A stretch of DNA of 64,000 bases from an uncultured Prevotellaceae bacterium (lineage in GTDB: Bacteria > Bacteroidota > Bacteroidia > Bacteroidales > Bacteroidaceae). Positions 1 through 8,859 of the stretch are shown one piece after another. A program made the translations under genes and the position numbers. Numbering within the stretch: the first letter of the stretch is position 1; the number at the start of each line of letters is the position of its first letter. Below the pieces are notes generated by a model. The model was not told where the DNA came from. It did no database searches and saw only the letters and a list, made by a program, of their open reading frames with translations. The DNA is taken from contig CAMHQF010000007.1 of assembly GCA_946187445.1 (NCBI GenBank), positions 2,581 to 66,580 of the forward strand. Direction: 5' to 3'.

Positions 1-255
1 AAATTCTGCCCCTACTATGTCGCCCGTCTTAAACAACGAACGCAAACCCATGTAGCGTGGGTCTTTCTTTAACTGGATATTGTAGCGCAGTGCCCTACCC
101 CGCTGTCTGGACTTGAAGTTGCAGCCAAAGAGTGCTCCTGCCGACACGCCTATCATGCCGTCAAAGTGGACGCCAGCATCAAGCAGTGCATCGATTACAC
201 CGCTTGTGAACATGCCACGCAGTCCACCACCTTCGAGTACGAGACCGGTTTTCAC
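1..255 (-). CDS. Patatin-like phospholipase, N-terminal part (runs off window edge)
   Basis: Manual translation from GTG at 255: MKTGLVLEGGGLRGMFTSGVIDALL...GVSAG. Contains the patatin GGGxR and GxSxG motifs. Not in the ORF track. Confidence 0.85.
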   Translation of the reverse strand, partial: MKTGLVLEGGGLRGMFTSGVIDALLDAGVHFDGMIGVSAGALFGCNFKSRQRGRALRYNIQLKKDPRYMGLRSLFKTGDIVGAEF

Positions 256-261
256 GATTAT

Positions 262-489
262 AATTGAAAATTGATAATTGAAAATTGAAAATTAAAAGGG
301 ACCACGGATGGTCACGGATGGACACGGAGTCGCTCTTGTCAGAGCGAGAAATCTCACAAATCGAAACAAATCATACAAAAATTAAGACCACGGATGACAC
401 GGAATATAACGGGGACGTCAACGTAAACCTTAACCTTGAACCAGCACCGCAGGTGCGCTTGAACCAGCAAAGCGACTTGAACCAGGGAA
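262..489. repeat. Mosaic intergenic repeat region (heptamer array, CACGGAT-type repeats, mini-hairpins between TTGAACC units)
   Basis: AATTGA(A/T) array at 262-293, CACGGAT repeats at 301-328 and 387-404, and TTGAACC-AGCACCGCAGGTGCG-CTTGAACC at 437-466. Confidence 0.7.
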
Positions 490-1152
490 CTATCGGGGAG
501 ATAGCTGGGTGAGTTCGGTGATGGTGACCTCGGGGTTGGGTGACTTGAAGATATAGTTGCCTGAGACGAGGATGTCGGCTCCTGCATCGGCGAGGGCCTG
601 TGCATTGGTGCCATTGACACCTCCATCGACCTCGATGAGTGCTGAGGCGCCGTGTGACTTGATGATCTGCTTTGCCTCGCGTACCCTGTCGATGGTGGCT
701 GGTATAAACTTCTGTCCGCCGAAGCCTGGGAACACTCCCATGATGAGTGCCATGTCGATCTCATTGATGATAAAGGAGAGTACGGAGACGGGGGTGTCGG
801 GATTGAGTGTGACACCTGCCTTCATGCCCTCGGCGTGTATATCTTGTATGCACTGCTTGAGGGAATAGATATTGTTGAACACCTCATAGTGCACATTCAT
901 CATCATGGCACCTACGGCGGCTGTCTGCTTGATGTAGCTGTCGGGATTGGATATCATGAAGTGCACGTCGAGTTTTTTGCGGAGCACTCCAGATACTGCC
1001 TGCATGATGGGAAAGCCATACGAGATATTGGGCACAAAGTGTCCGTCCATGACGTCGAAGTGCAACCACTGGGCGTCACTACGATTGATCATCTCAATCT
1101 CACGGTCGAGATGCAGAAAGTCTGCTGAGAGCAGTGATGGGGATACTATCAC
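490..1152 (-). CDS. rpe: Ribulose-phosphate 3-epimerase
   Basis: SPSLLSADF, HFDVMDGHFVPN, PGFGGQ and EVDGG motifs. Confidence 0.97.
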   Translation of the reverse strand: MIVSPSLLSADFLHLDREIEMINRSDAQWLHFDVMDGHFVPNISYGFPIMQAVSGVLRKKLDVHFMISNPDSYIKQTAAVGAMMMNVHYEVFNNIYSLKQCIQDIHAEGMKAGVTLNPDTPVSVLSFIINEIDMALIMGVFPGFGGQKFIPATIDRVREAKQIIKSHGASALIEVDGGVNGTNAQALADAGADILVSGNYIFKSPNPEVTITELTQLSPR

Positions 1153-1167
1153 GGTTGGAAGTTGAAA

Positions 1168-1212
1168 GACCCTCTAAATCCCCCTTAAAGGGGGACTTGG
1201 GGGGATGGGGTT
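1168..1212. repeat. GC-rich REP-like palindrome
   Basis: TCCCCCTTAAAGGGGGA inverted repeat with C-rich and G-rich flanks. A similar element is at 62839-62912. Confidence 0.5.
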
Positions 1213-1221
1213 AAGAAATCC

Positions 1222-1356
1222 TTAATTTAATGTGAATGACTCATACCCACCTTCTACCTGTATGGGACGGAAGGTGTAAGCGAACTGCCTGATAATGGCG
1301 AGTGTCTCCTCTGAGGGATTGAAATTAAAAGAAGGGATTAAGTAGCTTTGTTTCAT
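1222..1356 (-). CDS. Small hypothetical protein, 44 aa
   Basis: Manual translation: MKQSYLIPSFNFNPSEETLAIIRQFAYTFRPIQVEGGYESFTLN*. ATG start; same strand as its neighbours. Confidence 0.6.
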   Translation of the reverse strand: MKQSYLIPSFNFNPSEETLAIIRQFAYTFRPIQVEGGYESFTLN

Positions 1357-1446
1357 AGGCGGGGTTTTAATAGTTGATATTTGCACTCTTTATTTAAAGA
1401 ACGAGGTGGTGGGTGTTTTATTGTATTGTGGGTGGAGTTTTTTGTT

Positions 1447-1495
1447 AAAAAAAAAAGTCACAGACACATCAATCGGTGAAGGATGTGTCTGTGGC
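1447..1495 (-). terminator. Intrinsic terminator after rplT
   Basis: CACAGACACATC/GATGTGTCTGTG stem followed by a T run on the minus strand. Confidence 0.85.
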
Positions 1496-1526
1496 CACAG
1501 GTATTGTAATGAAATTAGTTTTCCGC

Positions 1527-1871
1527 TTACTTTACCTTGTCAACGATAGCCTTGAATGCGTCAGGGTTGTTGACAGCGAGGTCAGCGAGGACCTTGCGGT
1601 TGATCTCGATACCAGCCTTGTGGAGGAGTCCCATGAGCTGTGAGTAAGAGAGTCCCTCGAGACGTGCAGCAGCGTTGATACGCTGTATCCAGAGGGCACG
1701 GAAGGTGCGCTTCTTGTTCTTACGGTCACGGTAAGCGTAGGTGAGACCCTTCTCCCAAGTGTTTTTAGCTACTGTCCAAACATTCTTACGAGCGCCATAG
1801 TAGCCCTTGGTGAGCTTAAGGATACGAGTTCTCTTTGCCTTAGAGGCAACATGATTTACTGATCTTGGCAT
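1527..1871 (-). CDS. rplT: 50S ribosomal protein L20
   Basis: YAYRDRK...[14 protein letters not shown]...[10 protein letters not shown]. Confidence 0.99.
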   Translation of the reverse strand: MPRSVNHVASKAKRTRILKLTKGYYGARKNVWTVAKNTWEKGLTYAYRDRKNKKRTFRALWIQRINAAARLEGLSYSQLMGLLHKAGIEINRKVLADLAVNNPDAFKAIVDKVK

Positions 1872-1909
1872 AGTTTTGTTTCTTTAAAAAAGTTCGACAA
1901 TAGGGTGAA

Positions 1910-2107
1910 TTAACGCAAGTTAAGAAGGTCACGAACCTGTTTCATATTGCTGTTGTCAACAATAGTGGAACCGAGAAGATTTCTCTTCTGCTTCTTTGTC
2001 TTCTTAGTCAGAATGTGACTGTGATAAGCATGGTGTCTTTTCACCTTACCTGAACCAGTGAAAGCGAAACGCTTCTTTGCACCGGAATTTGTCTTTACTT
2101 TTGGCAT
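1910..2107 (-). CDS. rpmI: 50S ribosomal protein L35
   Basis: [14 protein letters not shown]...HILTKK; located between infC and rplT. Confidence 0.99.
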   Translation of the reverse strand: MPKVKTNSGAKKRFAFTGSGKVKRHHAYHSHILTKKTKKQKRNLLGSTIVDNSNMKQVRDLLNLR

Positions 2108-2195
2108 TTTTTTATTTGTTTAATTAATTATTAAATATGGTGGCAACGCATATACCGGGCGTTACGCACTCACTATGATATGCTACTATGCTATA

Positions 2196-2900
2196 TTAAT
2201 CTTCGTTTTCAGGAAGCGAGTCCTTGAGTTTTGCGAGGGCATCGACGCCCTTAGCGCTTGCTGCGAGTCCGTCGCCTGCTGCCTGTTCTTCGATGGCCTT
2301 GCTTGCCTCGAGTGCTTCAGCCTCACGGCGTTCGCGATCCATCTTCTGTTGTGACTTCTTAGCCTGTCCAGCCTTTTTAGGGGCTATGAAGAGGAACATC
2401 TTCTTGCCTTCGAGTCGTGGCATCTGCTCTACCTTGCCATACTCCTCGAGGTCGTTGGCAAAACGCAGCAGCAGAACCTCACCCTGCTCCTTGAAGAGGA
2501 TGGAGCGTCCGCGGAAGAATACGTAGGCACGTACCTTGTTGCCCTCCTCGAGAAACTCCTTGGCGTGCTTGAGCTTGAAGTTGTAGTCGTGCTCGTCGGT
2601 CTGTGGTCCGAAGCGTATCTCCTTGACCTCGACTTTGACTTGCTTTTGCTTCATCTCCTTTGCCTTTTTCTTCTGCTGATAGAGGAACTTGGAGTAGTCA
2701 ATGATACGACAAACAGGTGGCTGAGCATTGGGGCTTATCTCCACGAGGTCTTCGCCTCGCTGGCGTGCTATATCGAGCGCTTGCTTGGTAGGCATGACTG
2801 ATGCGCCCTCTTCACTCACTACACGAACCTCGCGTACGCGGATTTGTTCGTTGATACGATACTGGTTTTTAAGATTTTGTTTTCTGTTGTCTTGCTTCAT
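2196..2900 (-). CDS. infC: Translation initiation factor IF-3 with C-terminal extension
   Basis: INEQIR...[22 protein letters not shown]...KEIRFGP. Confidence 0.98.
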   Translation of the reverse strand: MKQDNRKQNLKNQYRINEQIRVREVRVVSEEGASVMPTKQALDIARQRGEDLVEISPNAQPPVCRIIDYSKFLYQQKKKAKEMKQKQVKVEVKEIRFGPQTDEHDYNFKLKHAKEFLEEGNKVRAYVFFRGRSILFKEQGEVLLLRFANDLEEYGKVEQMPRLEGKKMFLFIAPKKAGQAKKSQQKMDRERREAEALEASKAIEEQAAGDGLAASAKGVDALAKLKDSLPENED

Positions 2901-2959
2901 TAACTGTTTTTGTATGGGTACGTAATGTACTGCTTGAGATTTTTTGCAAAAATCGGGTG

Positions 2960-3007
2960 CAAAGGTACGAAGAAAAGTTGAAAGTTGAAAGTTGAGAGTT
3001 GAAAGTT
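2960..3007 (-). promoter_or_regulatory. infC promoter: four heptamers + TACCTTTG -7 box
   Basis: Minus strand reads (AACTYTC)x4-aacttttcttcg-TACCTTTG, matching the Bacteroidetes -7 consensus TAnnTTTG. Confidence 0.65.
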
Positions 3008-3063
3008 TGCGTTTTACGAATTGTTAATTATGATTTTTTAACTTACGTCAATATTTTTTACCG

Positions 3064-3858
3064 TTACTTTAGTGCCTCAACGTCACGTCGCACGTTATTA
3101 CGTATCTTGGTGAGGTATGCCTTCATGCCATCGGCGTCTTTACGGTCGATGATGGAGAGCAGCTCTTTGAGTTCGGTACGTATCTGGTCCACCTGGTCGT
3201 GAGTGTAGGGGTTGAAGAGCACTTCCTGGAGGAGGTAGTCATCCTCATTGAGTACGCCCTTAGCTATGCGCAGGTGACGCTTGAAGGTGGTGCCAGGTGC
3301 GTCCTGATGCTTCATGACGGCAGAGAAGACGAAGGTGCTGACGAATGGTATGGACAGGGAGTAAGCCACCGTCTTATCGTGCTCCTCGAAGGTATATTCG
3401 TAGATGTTGAGGTCGAGTCGGCTGTAGAGGTCTTTGAAGAAGCACCGTCCCATATAGTCGCCCTCGCTGATGATGATGGCATTTTCCTCAGAGAGTTGGT
3501 TGAGGTTGGCGAAGGTAGGTCCGAACATAGGGTGGGTGCTGACGTAGCGGCGTCCTGTCTGCTCATAGAACTCCTTGAGTCCTGTCTTGACCGATGCTAT
3601 ATCGCTCAGTATGCAGTCGTCGGGGAGGTATGGCATGACCTCATTGAATGCGGGTATGGTGTACTTTACTGTGGCAGCATTGATGCACAGTTCGGGTGCG
3701 AAGGCGCGCACCTCCTCAAGGTCGGTGAAGCGCTGGCAGTTGTATGTAAATCGCATGCGCTTGGGGTCTTTCTCATATACCCCCACCTCATGGTCGAAGC
3801 TCAGCAGGTCGATGAAGAACGAACCCATCTTGCCTGCTCCTAAGATAAGTATTTTCAT
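3064..3858 (-). CDS. tyrA: Prephenate dehydrogenase
   Basis: GAGKMG Rossmann motif, DIASVK and HPMFGP motifs. Confidence 0.93.
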   Translation of the reverse strand: MKILILGAGKMGSFFIDLLSFDHEVGVYEKDPKRMRFTYNCQRFTDLEEVRAFAPELCINAATVKYTIPAFNEVMPYLPDDCILSDIASVKTGLKEFYEQTGRRYVSTHPMFGPTFANLNQLSEENAIIISEGDYMGRCFFKDLYSRLDLNIYEYTFEEHDKTVAYSLSIPFVSTFVFSAVMKHQDAPGTTFKRHLRIAKGVLNEDDYLLQEVLFNPYTHDQVDQIRTELKELLSIIDRKDADGMKAYLTKIRNNVRRDVEALK

Positions 3859-3866
3859 GACAAAAA

Positions 3867-4940
3867 CTATTGTTTGTTGACTATCTCGAGTTGCTGTCGT
3901 ACGGACTCCTCGTGGATATGTTCGAATATCTGCTTGGCAAACTGGTCGCTCATGCCGAGCAACGAGCCTTGCACTCCACGTTTGTCGAGTATCTCGTTGT
4001 ATCGTCCAGTCTGGAGCACCTGAATGTTATGTTCCTTCTTATACTGTCCGATTTCACGACATACGCGCATACGCTTTGCGAGGAGTTCCATGAGGTCGTT
4101 GTCTATCTTGTCTATCTGCTGTCGGAGGAGTTTTATGCCCTCAGTGGTGAATATCTCCTTACGTGTGACGAGCATACCCACTACGTAGTCGCAAACCTCA
4201 GGGGTGAGTTGCTGCTTAGCATCGCTCCACGCATTGTCGGGGTCGCAGTGTGACTCTATCATGAGTCCGTCGAAGCCCAGGTCGAGTGCCTGTTGAGAGA
4301 GAGGTGCTATGAGTTCGCGTCGTCCTCCCATGTGTGAGGGGTCACAGCAGATGGGCAGGTTGGGTATGCGACGGCGGAGTTCGATAGGTATCTGCCACAT
4401 CGGAGCATTGCGGTACATAGACTTCTCGAAAGAAGAGAATCCGCGGTGTATGACGCCGAGCTTCTTTACTCCAGCCTTGTTGATACGCTGCAGTGCCCCA
4501 ATCCACAGTTCAAGGTCGGGGTTGACAGGGTTTTTGACCATCACGGGTATGTCGATGCCCTGCATGGCGTCAGCGAGTTGCTGCATGGCGAAGGGGTTGG
4601 CGGTGGTGCGTGCTCCTATCCACATAAGGTCGATGCCGTACTTCATGGCGAGTTCGACGTGCTCAGGAGTAGCCACCTCAGTGCCTATGAGCATGCCTGT
4701 CTCTTCTTTCACCTGAGCCATCCACTTGAGGGCGGGTTCGCCGTGTCCCTCGAAGCCTCCTGGCTTAGTACGAGGTTTCCAGACACCAGCACGAAACATG
4801 TGGCATCCCTTTATGGCAAGTTGTTTGGCTGTTGTCATGACCTGTTCCTCGGTCTCAGCCGAGCATGGTCCTGCTATTACGAAAGGTCGTTTCTGATCGC
4901 TTGGTAGGTTAAGCGGTTCGAGTTCTAATTCAAATTCCAT
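3867..4940 (-). CDS. Bifunctional DAHP synthase / chorismate mutase
   Basis: IAGPCSAE, KPRT, IGART and DPSH motifs; C-terminal LRQQIDKID..L..R AroQ-type mutase domain. Confidence 0.93.
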   Translation of the reverse strand: MEFELELEPLNLPSDQKRPFVIAGPCSAETEEQVMTTAKQLAIKGCHMFRAGVWKPRTKPGGFEGHGEPALKWMAQVKEETGMLIGTEVATPEHVELAMKYGIDLMWIGARTTANPFAMQQLADAMQGIDIPVMVKNPVNPDLELWIGALQRINKAGVKKLGVIHRGFSSFEKSMYRNAPMWQIPIELRRRIPNLPICCDPSHMGGRRELIAPLSQQALDLGFDGLMIESHCDPDNAWSDAKQQLTPEVCDYVVGMLVTRKEIFTTEGIKLLRQQIDKIDNDLMELLAKRMRVCREIGQYKKEHNIQVLQTGRYNEILDKRGVQGSLLGMSDQFAKQIFEHIHEESVRQQLEIVNKQ

Positions 4941-4978
4941 TGTGTTATGTATTAAAGAAGTTAAAGAAGTTAGAGAAG

Positions 4979-6142
4979 TTAAGATATTACCTTGCGGATG
5001 CGCTCCAGGGCTTCTTGCATTTTCTCGTCCTTGGCGCAGAGGGATATGCGTATGTAGCGCTCGCCATTGGAGCCGAATATGAATCCTGGTGTGATAAAGA
5101 CGCGTGCCTCGTGGAGTATCTTCTCTGTGAGTTGTTCGCAGGTGTCGTAGGAGTCGGGTATGCGGCCCCAGAGGAACATGCCTACGGAGTTTTTATCATA
5201 CTGGCAGTCAAGCACATCCATTATCTCCTCGGCTATAAGTCGGCGACGTTTGTAGTTGGAGTAGTTGAACTCATGATGCCATGCGTCGTCATTGTGGTAT
5301 GCCTGAGCAGCTGCCATCTGTATGCCTCGGAATGTGCCCGAGTCGATATTGGACTTTATCTTGAGTATCCATGAGATAAACTCGCTGTTGGTAGCCACCA
5401 TGCCCACTCGCCATCCAGGCATATTGTGGGACTTGGACATGGAGTTGAACTCTATGCAGCAGTCTTTGGCGCCAGGTATCTGGAGGATGGACTGAGGATT
5501 GTCATTGATGATGAATGAGTAGGGGTTGTCGTTGACCACTACGATATTATGGTCCTTGGCAAACTGGACCAAGCGCTCGTATGTTGCTCTTCGTGCATTG
5601 CCACCCGTAGGCATATTGGGGTAGTTGGTCCACATGATTTTCACCTTGCTGAGGTCCATACTCTCGAGGGTGTCGAAGTCTGGTTGCCAGCCGTCACTCT
5701 CCAGCAGGTCGTAGTTGACGATTTTCTGTCCCAGTATTTTGCTCAGCGAGGTATATGTGGGATATCCCGGATTAGGTACCAGCACCTCGTCGCCAGGATT
5801 GCACAGTGCGAGTGTGACGTGGAGTATCGCCTCCTTGGAGCCTATCATGGGTTGTATCTCGGTCTTGGGGTCGAGATCAACGTTGTACCACCTTTTATAG
5901 AAATACGCCATTGCCTCACGCAGTTCCGGTATGCCCACCGTAGGCTGGTAGCCATGAGCAGTGGGGTCGTATGCCACCTTGCAGAGGGTATCGATGGTCT
6001 GGGGTGATGGTGGCATGTCAGGCGAACCGATGGCGAGGCTTATGATATCCTTACCCTCGGCATTGAGTTGTGCCACTTCCTTGAGTTTGCGGCTGAAGTA
6101 GTACTCCTGCACTAACGACAGTCTGTCAGCTGGTTTTATCAT
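4979..6142 (-). CDS. PLP-dependent class I/II aminotransferase (probably aromatic)
   Basis: NYPNMPTG, DNPY and SMSKSHNMPGWRVG motifs; inside the aromatic operon. Confidence 0.9.
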   Translation of the reverse strand: MIKPADRLSLVQEYYFSRKLKEVAQLNAEGKDIISLAIGSPDMPPSPQTIDTLCKVAYDPTAHGYQPTVGIPELREAMAYFYKRWYNVDLDPKTEIQPMIGSKEAILHVTLALCNPGDEVLVPNPGYPTYTSLSKILGQKIVNYDLLESDGWQPDFDTLESMDLSKVKIMWTNYPNMPTGGNARRATYERLVQFAKDHNIVVVNDNPYSFIINDNPQSILQIPGAKDCCIEFNSMSKSHNMPGWRVGMVATNSEFISWILKIKSNIDSGTFRGIQMAAAQAYHNDDAWHHEFNYSNYKRRRLIAEEIMDVLDCQYDKNSVGMFLWGRIPDSYDTCEQLTEKILHEARVFITPGFIFGSNGERYIRISLCAKDEKMQEALERIRKVIS

Positions 6143-6149
6143 ATTTGGG

Positions 6150-6218
6150 GTTTATGGTTTACGGTTTACAGTTCAAACGCACCTGCGGTGCTAGTTCAAA
6201 AAAGTTCAAAAGTTCAAG
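6150..6218. repeat. Tandem repeat / mini-hairpin element
   Basis: GTTTA(T/C)G units, then GTTCAAAC-GCACCTGCGGTGC-TAGTTCAAA. The reverse complement matches 437-465. Confidence 0.7.
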
Positions 6219-6224
6219 GGAGAG

Positions 6225-7058
6225 TTATTTTGCTGCTTTATACTCGCCGAGTATGGTGAGGTCGCGTATGAGTGGTGTGATGGCATCGATGCTCTGACGA
6301 TATCGTGTAAGGTCGTCGTAGGTCACATCGACATAGAACAGATACTCCCACTCTCTGCCTATGATGGGGAGCGACTGTATCTTGGTGAGGTTGATCCTGT
6401 AGAAGGACAGTATGCTGAGCACCTGTGAGAGCGATCCCTCCTCGTGGGGCAGTGAGAACACGATGCTTGCCTTGTCGGTCTCGTTGAGAGCACGCAGAAA
6501 GTCGGCCTTGCGCACGTCGCTCATGATGAGGAATCGTGTGAAATTGTGAGGGTTATCTTCCACCTGGTCTTCGAGCACCTCAAGGCCGTACAGGCGTGCT
6601 GCATCAGCATGACAGAGGGCAGCTGTGCCCTCGGCGCCTGTCTCGGCTATCCACTTTGCAGCACCTGCTGTATCGTCGCACTCCACAATCTTCATATTGG
6701 TGTGCTTGCTGAGATACCTCTGACACTGTGCCAACGCTACAGGATGAGAACGCACCTCGGAGAGGGAGTCGAGACTTTGTCCTGGCAGTGCGCAGATGCA
6801 GTGAGATATGTGGGTCTTGTACTCGCCCACCACGGTCATGCCCGACTGGCGGAGCAGGTCATAGTTGTGGAGCAGCGAACCCGCAATAGTATTTTCTATC
6901 GCCATGATGCCTATCATGGTGGGGTCGGCCTTCATGTGGTCAAAGACCTCTTCAAAGGTGTTACAGCATACGATTTGCATCTGTTCGCCCTCGAAATACT
7001 TGTGTGCCGTAATGTCGTGGAAGCTTCCCACCTCACCCTGTATAGCTATTCTCTTCAT
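6225..7058 (-). CDS. pheA: Prephenate dehydratase with ACT domain
   Basis: IENTIAGS, SHPVALAQC, NFTRF and INLTKIQS motifs. Confidence 0.95.
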   Translation of the reverse strand: MKRIAIQGEVGSFHDITAHKYFEGEQMQIVCCNTFEEVFDHMKADPTMIGIMAIENTIAGSLLHNYDLLRQSGMTVVGEYKTHISHCICALPGQSLDSLSEVRSHPVALAQCQRYLSKHTNMKIVECDDTAGAAKWIAETGAEGTAALCHADAARLYGLEVLEDQVEDNPHNFTRFLIMSDVRKADFLRALNETDKASIVFSLPHEEGSLSQVLSILSFYRINLTKIQSLPIIGREWEYLFYVDVTYDDLTRYRQSIDAITPLIRDLTILGEYKAAK

Positions 7059-7096
7059 CTGTATGGACTATGTTTATAAAAAAAAATATATCTGTC

Positions 7097-7132
7097 AAAA
7101 AAAATCCCGCCAAGTTGTAAACTAAGCGGGAT
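7097..7132 (-). terminator. Attenuator terminator upstream of pheA
   Basis: Minus strand ATCCCGCTTAGTTTACAACTTGGCGGGAT followed by a T run; lies between the leader ORF and pheA. Confidence 0.85.
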
Positions 7133-7180
7133 GTTGCAAAAACTTTATATATCGTTATGCTTTAAATCTTAAGTTGAACT

Positions 7181-7258
7181 TTACACGCAACTTCCCGCTT
7201 CACAGTGTCCTGCAAAGTAAAACCAGAAGTAATAATAAGATGTGTATGACTTATTCAT
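7181..7258 (-). CDS. Aromatic amino acid operon leader peptide, 25 aa
   Basis: Manual translation: MNKSYTSYYYFWFYFAGHCEAGSCV*, with eight consecutive aromatic codons. A TACTTTTG -7 box lies about 30 nt upstream. Confidence 0.85.
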   Translation of the reverse strand: MNKSYTSYYYFWFYFAGHCEAGSCV

Positions 7259-7404
7259 CCTGCGTGTAGTTATCAATTTGGGTGCAAAAGTAATAATTTT
7301 CTGCGAAACGACCAAATTTTTCCAAAAAAAATGTGCAACATTACTTTATGTTATAAATAATGTGTAACTTTGCATACGCAAAAAAGCAAGGACGCCACGA
7401 CAAT

Positions 7405-8802
7405 ATGAGATATGCCATCATTGCAGCAGGAGAAGGCTCACGACTGAGGGAGGAGGGTATCACAGTGCCCAAACCACTCATCAAGATCAATGGCGAGACG
7501 CTCCTCAGACGTCTGGTGCGTATATTCATGGACAATGAGGCGGAGGACATCGTGGTGATAACCAATGAGCTCTACCCAGAGGTGGGCAAGCTATTGGAGG
7601 AGATGGAGCACAACGGGCTGCCACTGAGACACGTAAGGAAGACGACAAGCAGTTCGATGCACTCCCTCTACGAGATAGCGCCACTGCTGGAGGGCGACAG
7701 ATGGATAATCACCACTGTCGATACTATATTCGACGAACGAAAGTTTGGAGAGTACGTCAAGGCGCTGAGCCACACCACGGCAGACGGCATCATGGCAGTG
7801 ACAGACTACTGTGACGATGAGAAACCGCTGTACGTGATGACAGACAGGCATGACGGCGAGGCGATGGCACGCATCACGGCATTTCAAGACGACTGCGATG
7901 ATACAGAGGCATACATCTCGGCAGGCATATACGGACTCACCTCACGCACCCTCAGCACCCTACGACGCTGTGTGGAGAGTGGCATGAGTCGTATGAGGAA
8001 CTATCAGAGAGAACTCATAGCCGATGGCCACACCCTCTTGGCATACCCACTGGGAAAGGTGATGGACATAGACCACAAGAGCGACATCGACAAAGCCGAG
8101 GAATGGTTGCGCCAAAGACGTATCGTGGGGATATACCGTGCCAAGAGATACTCACCAGGCAGTGTAGAAAAAGACAAGGCTATACTCGATGCCACACTGC
8201 AGCAACTGAGAGACAGGGGCTATGACGTCGATGTGATGACAGAGGAGAAACTGCTCGAAGGGGGCATAGCGAAGGAGGCTGGACGCTACCTGTCGATGGC
8301 GAGGAGCGAAGAGGCACTCAACATACTGCAGGACAAGACATGCATCAATACCTCAGACGCCATAAGATACTGCAACCACCGCAGATACATCACCTCGGAC
8401 GACAATACACCACCCCTGTGGGTAAAACGCACAGACCAGTGCAGTGAGGGAGAAGGCGATGTGACATACTGTGCCACTGAGGAAGAGGTGCGCGAGACTG
8501 TCGCCATGCTCCACAAGCGAGGTATAGACTCATACGTCATGCAGAAGCACTATGAGGGAGAGCACGTAAAATTCTACGGCGTAAGAGGCACCACATTCTT
8601 CTCGCCATCAGGGTATGACACCCTCAGAGGCATGGCACAGGATATGGCACGGGAGGCTGGCATCACGGTATATGGCGGCGATGCCATAATAGGCGCCGAC
8701 GGCGAGATACACATAATAGACCTCAATGACTGGCCATCGTTTGCGTCATGCAGAAAAGAGGCCGCAGAGGCGATAGCGGAGATGGTTCAAACACTTCGCT
8801 AG
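7405..8802 (+). CDS. Sugar-phosphate nucleotidyltransferase fused to a C-terminal ATP-grasp domain
   Basis: N-terminal IIAAGEGSRL...PKPL motif. C-terminal PLWVKR, MQKHYEG..VKFY and YGGDAII...IIDLNDWPSF. Start moved to ATG 7405, downstream of TAACTTTG at 7364. Confidence 0.8.
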   Translation: MRYAIIAAGEGSRLREEGITVPKPLIKINGETLLRRLVRIFMDNEAEDIVVITNELYPEVGKLLEEMEHNGLPLRHVRKTTSSSMHSLYEIAPLLEGDRWIITTVDTIFDERKFGEYVKALSHTTADGIMAVTDYCDDEKPLYVMTDRHDGEAMARITAFQDDCDDTEAYISAGIYGLTSRTLSTLRRCVESGMSRMRNYQRELIADGHTLLAYPLGKVMDIDHKSDIDKAEEWLRQRRIVGIYRAKRYSPGSVEKDKAILDATLQQLRDRGYDVDVMTEEKLLEGGIAKEAGRYLSMARSEEALNILQDKTCINTSDAIRYCNHRRYITSDDNTPPLWVKRTDQCSEGEGDVTYCATEEEVRETVAMLHKRGIDSYVMQKHYEGEHVKFYGVRGTTFFSPSGYDTLRGMAQDMAREAGITVYGGDAIIGADGEIHIIDLNDWPSFASCRKEAAEAIAEMVQTLR

Positions 8803-8850
8803 TTCAAACGCGCTTCGCGCTGGTTCAAGAGTTCAAGAGAGGTTCAAGAG
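8785..8850. repeat. GTTCAA tandem repeats with mini-hairpins, overlapping the upstream stop codon
   Basis: GTTCAAACACTTCGCTAGTTCAAACGCGCTTCGCGCTGGTTCAAGAGTTCAAGAGAGGTTCAAG. Confidence 0.7.
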
Positions 8851-8859
8851 AATGATGAC

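Noticed and set aside
285-512. 75-aa plus-strand ORF
   Set aside because: It is a translation of the repeat mosaic between two minus-strand genes, with no protein-like features.
2898-2900. Non-canonical infC start codon
   Set aside because: An in-frame ATG in a good AT-rich context is present, so there is no evidence for ATT-type autoregulation.
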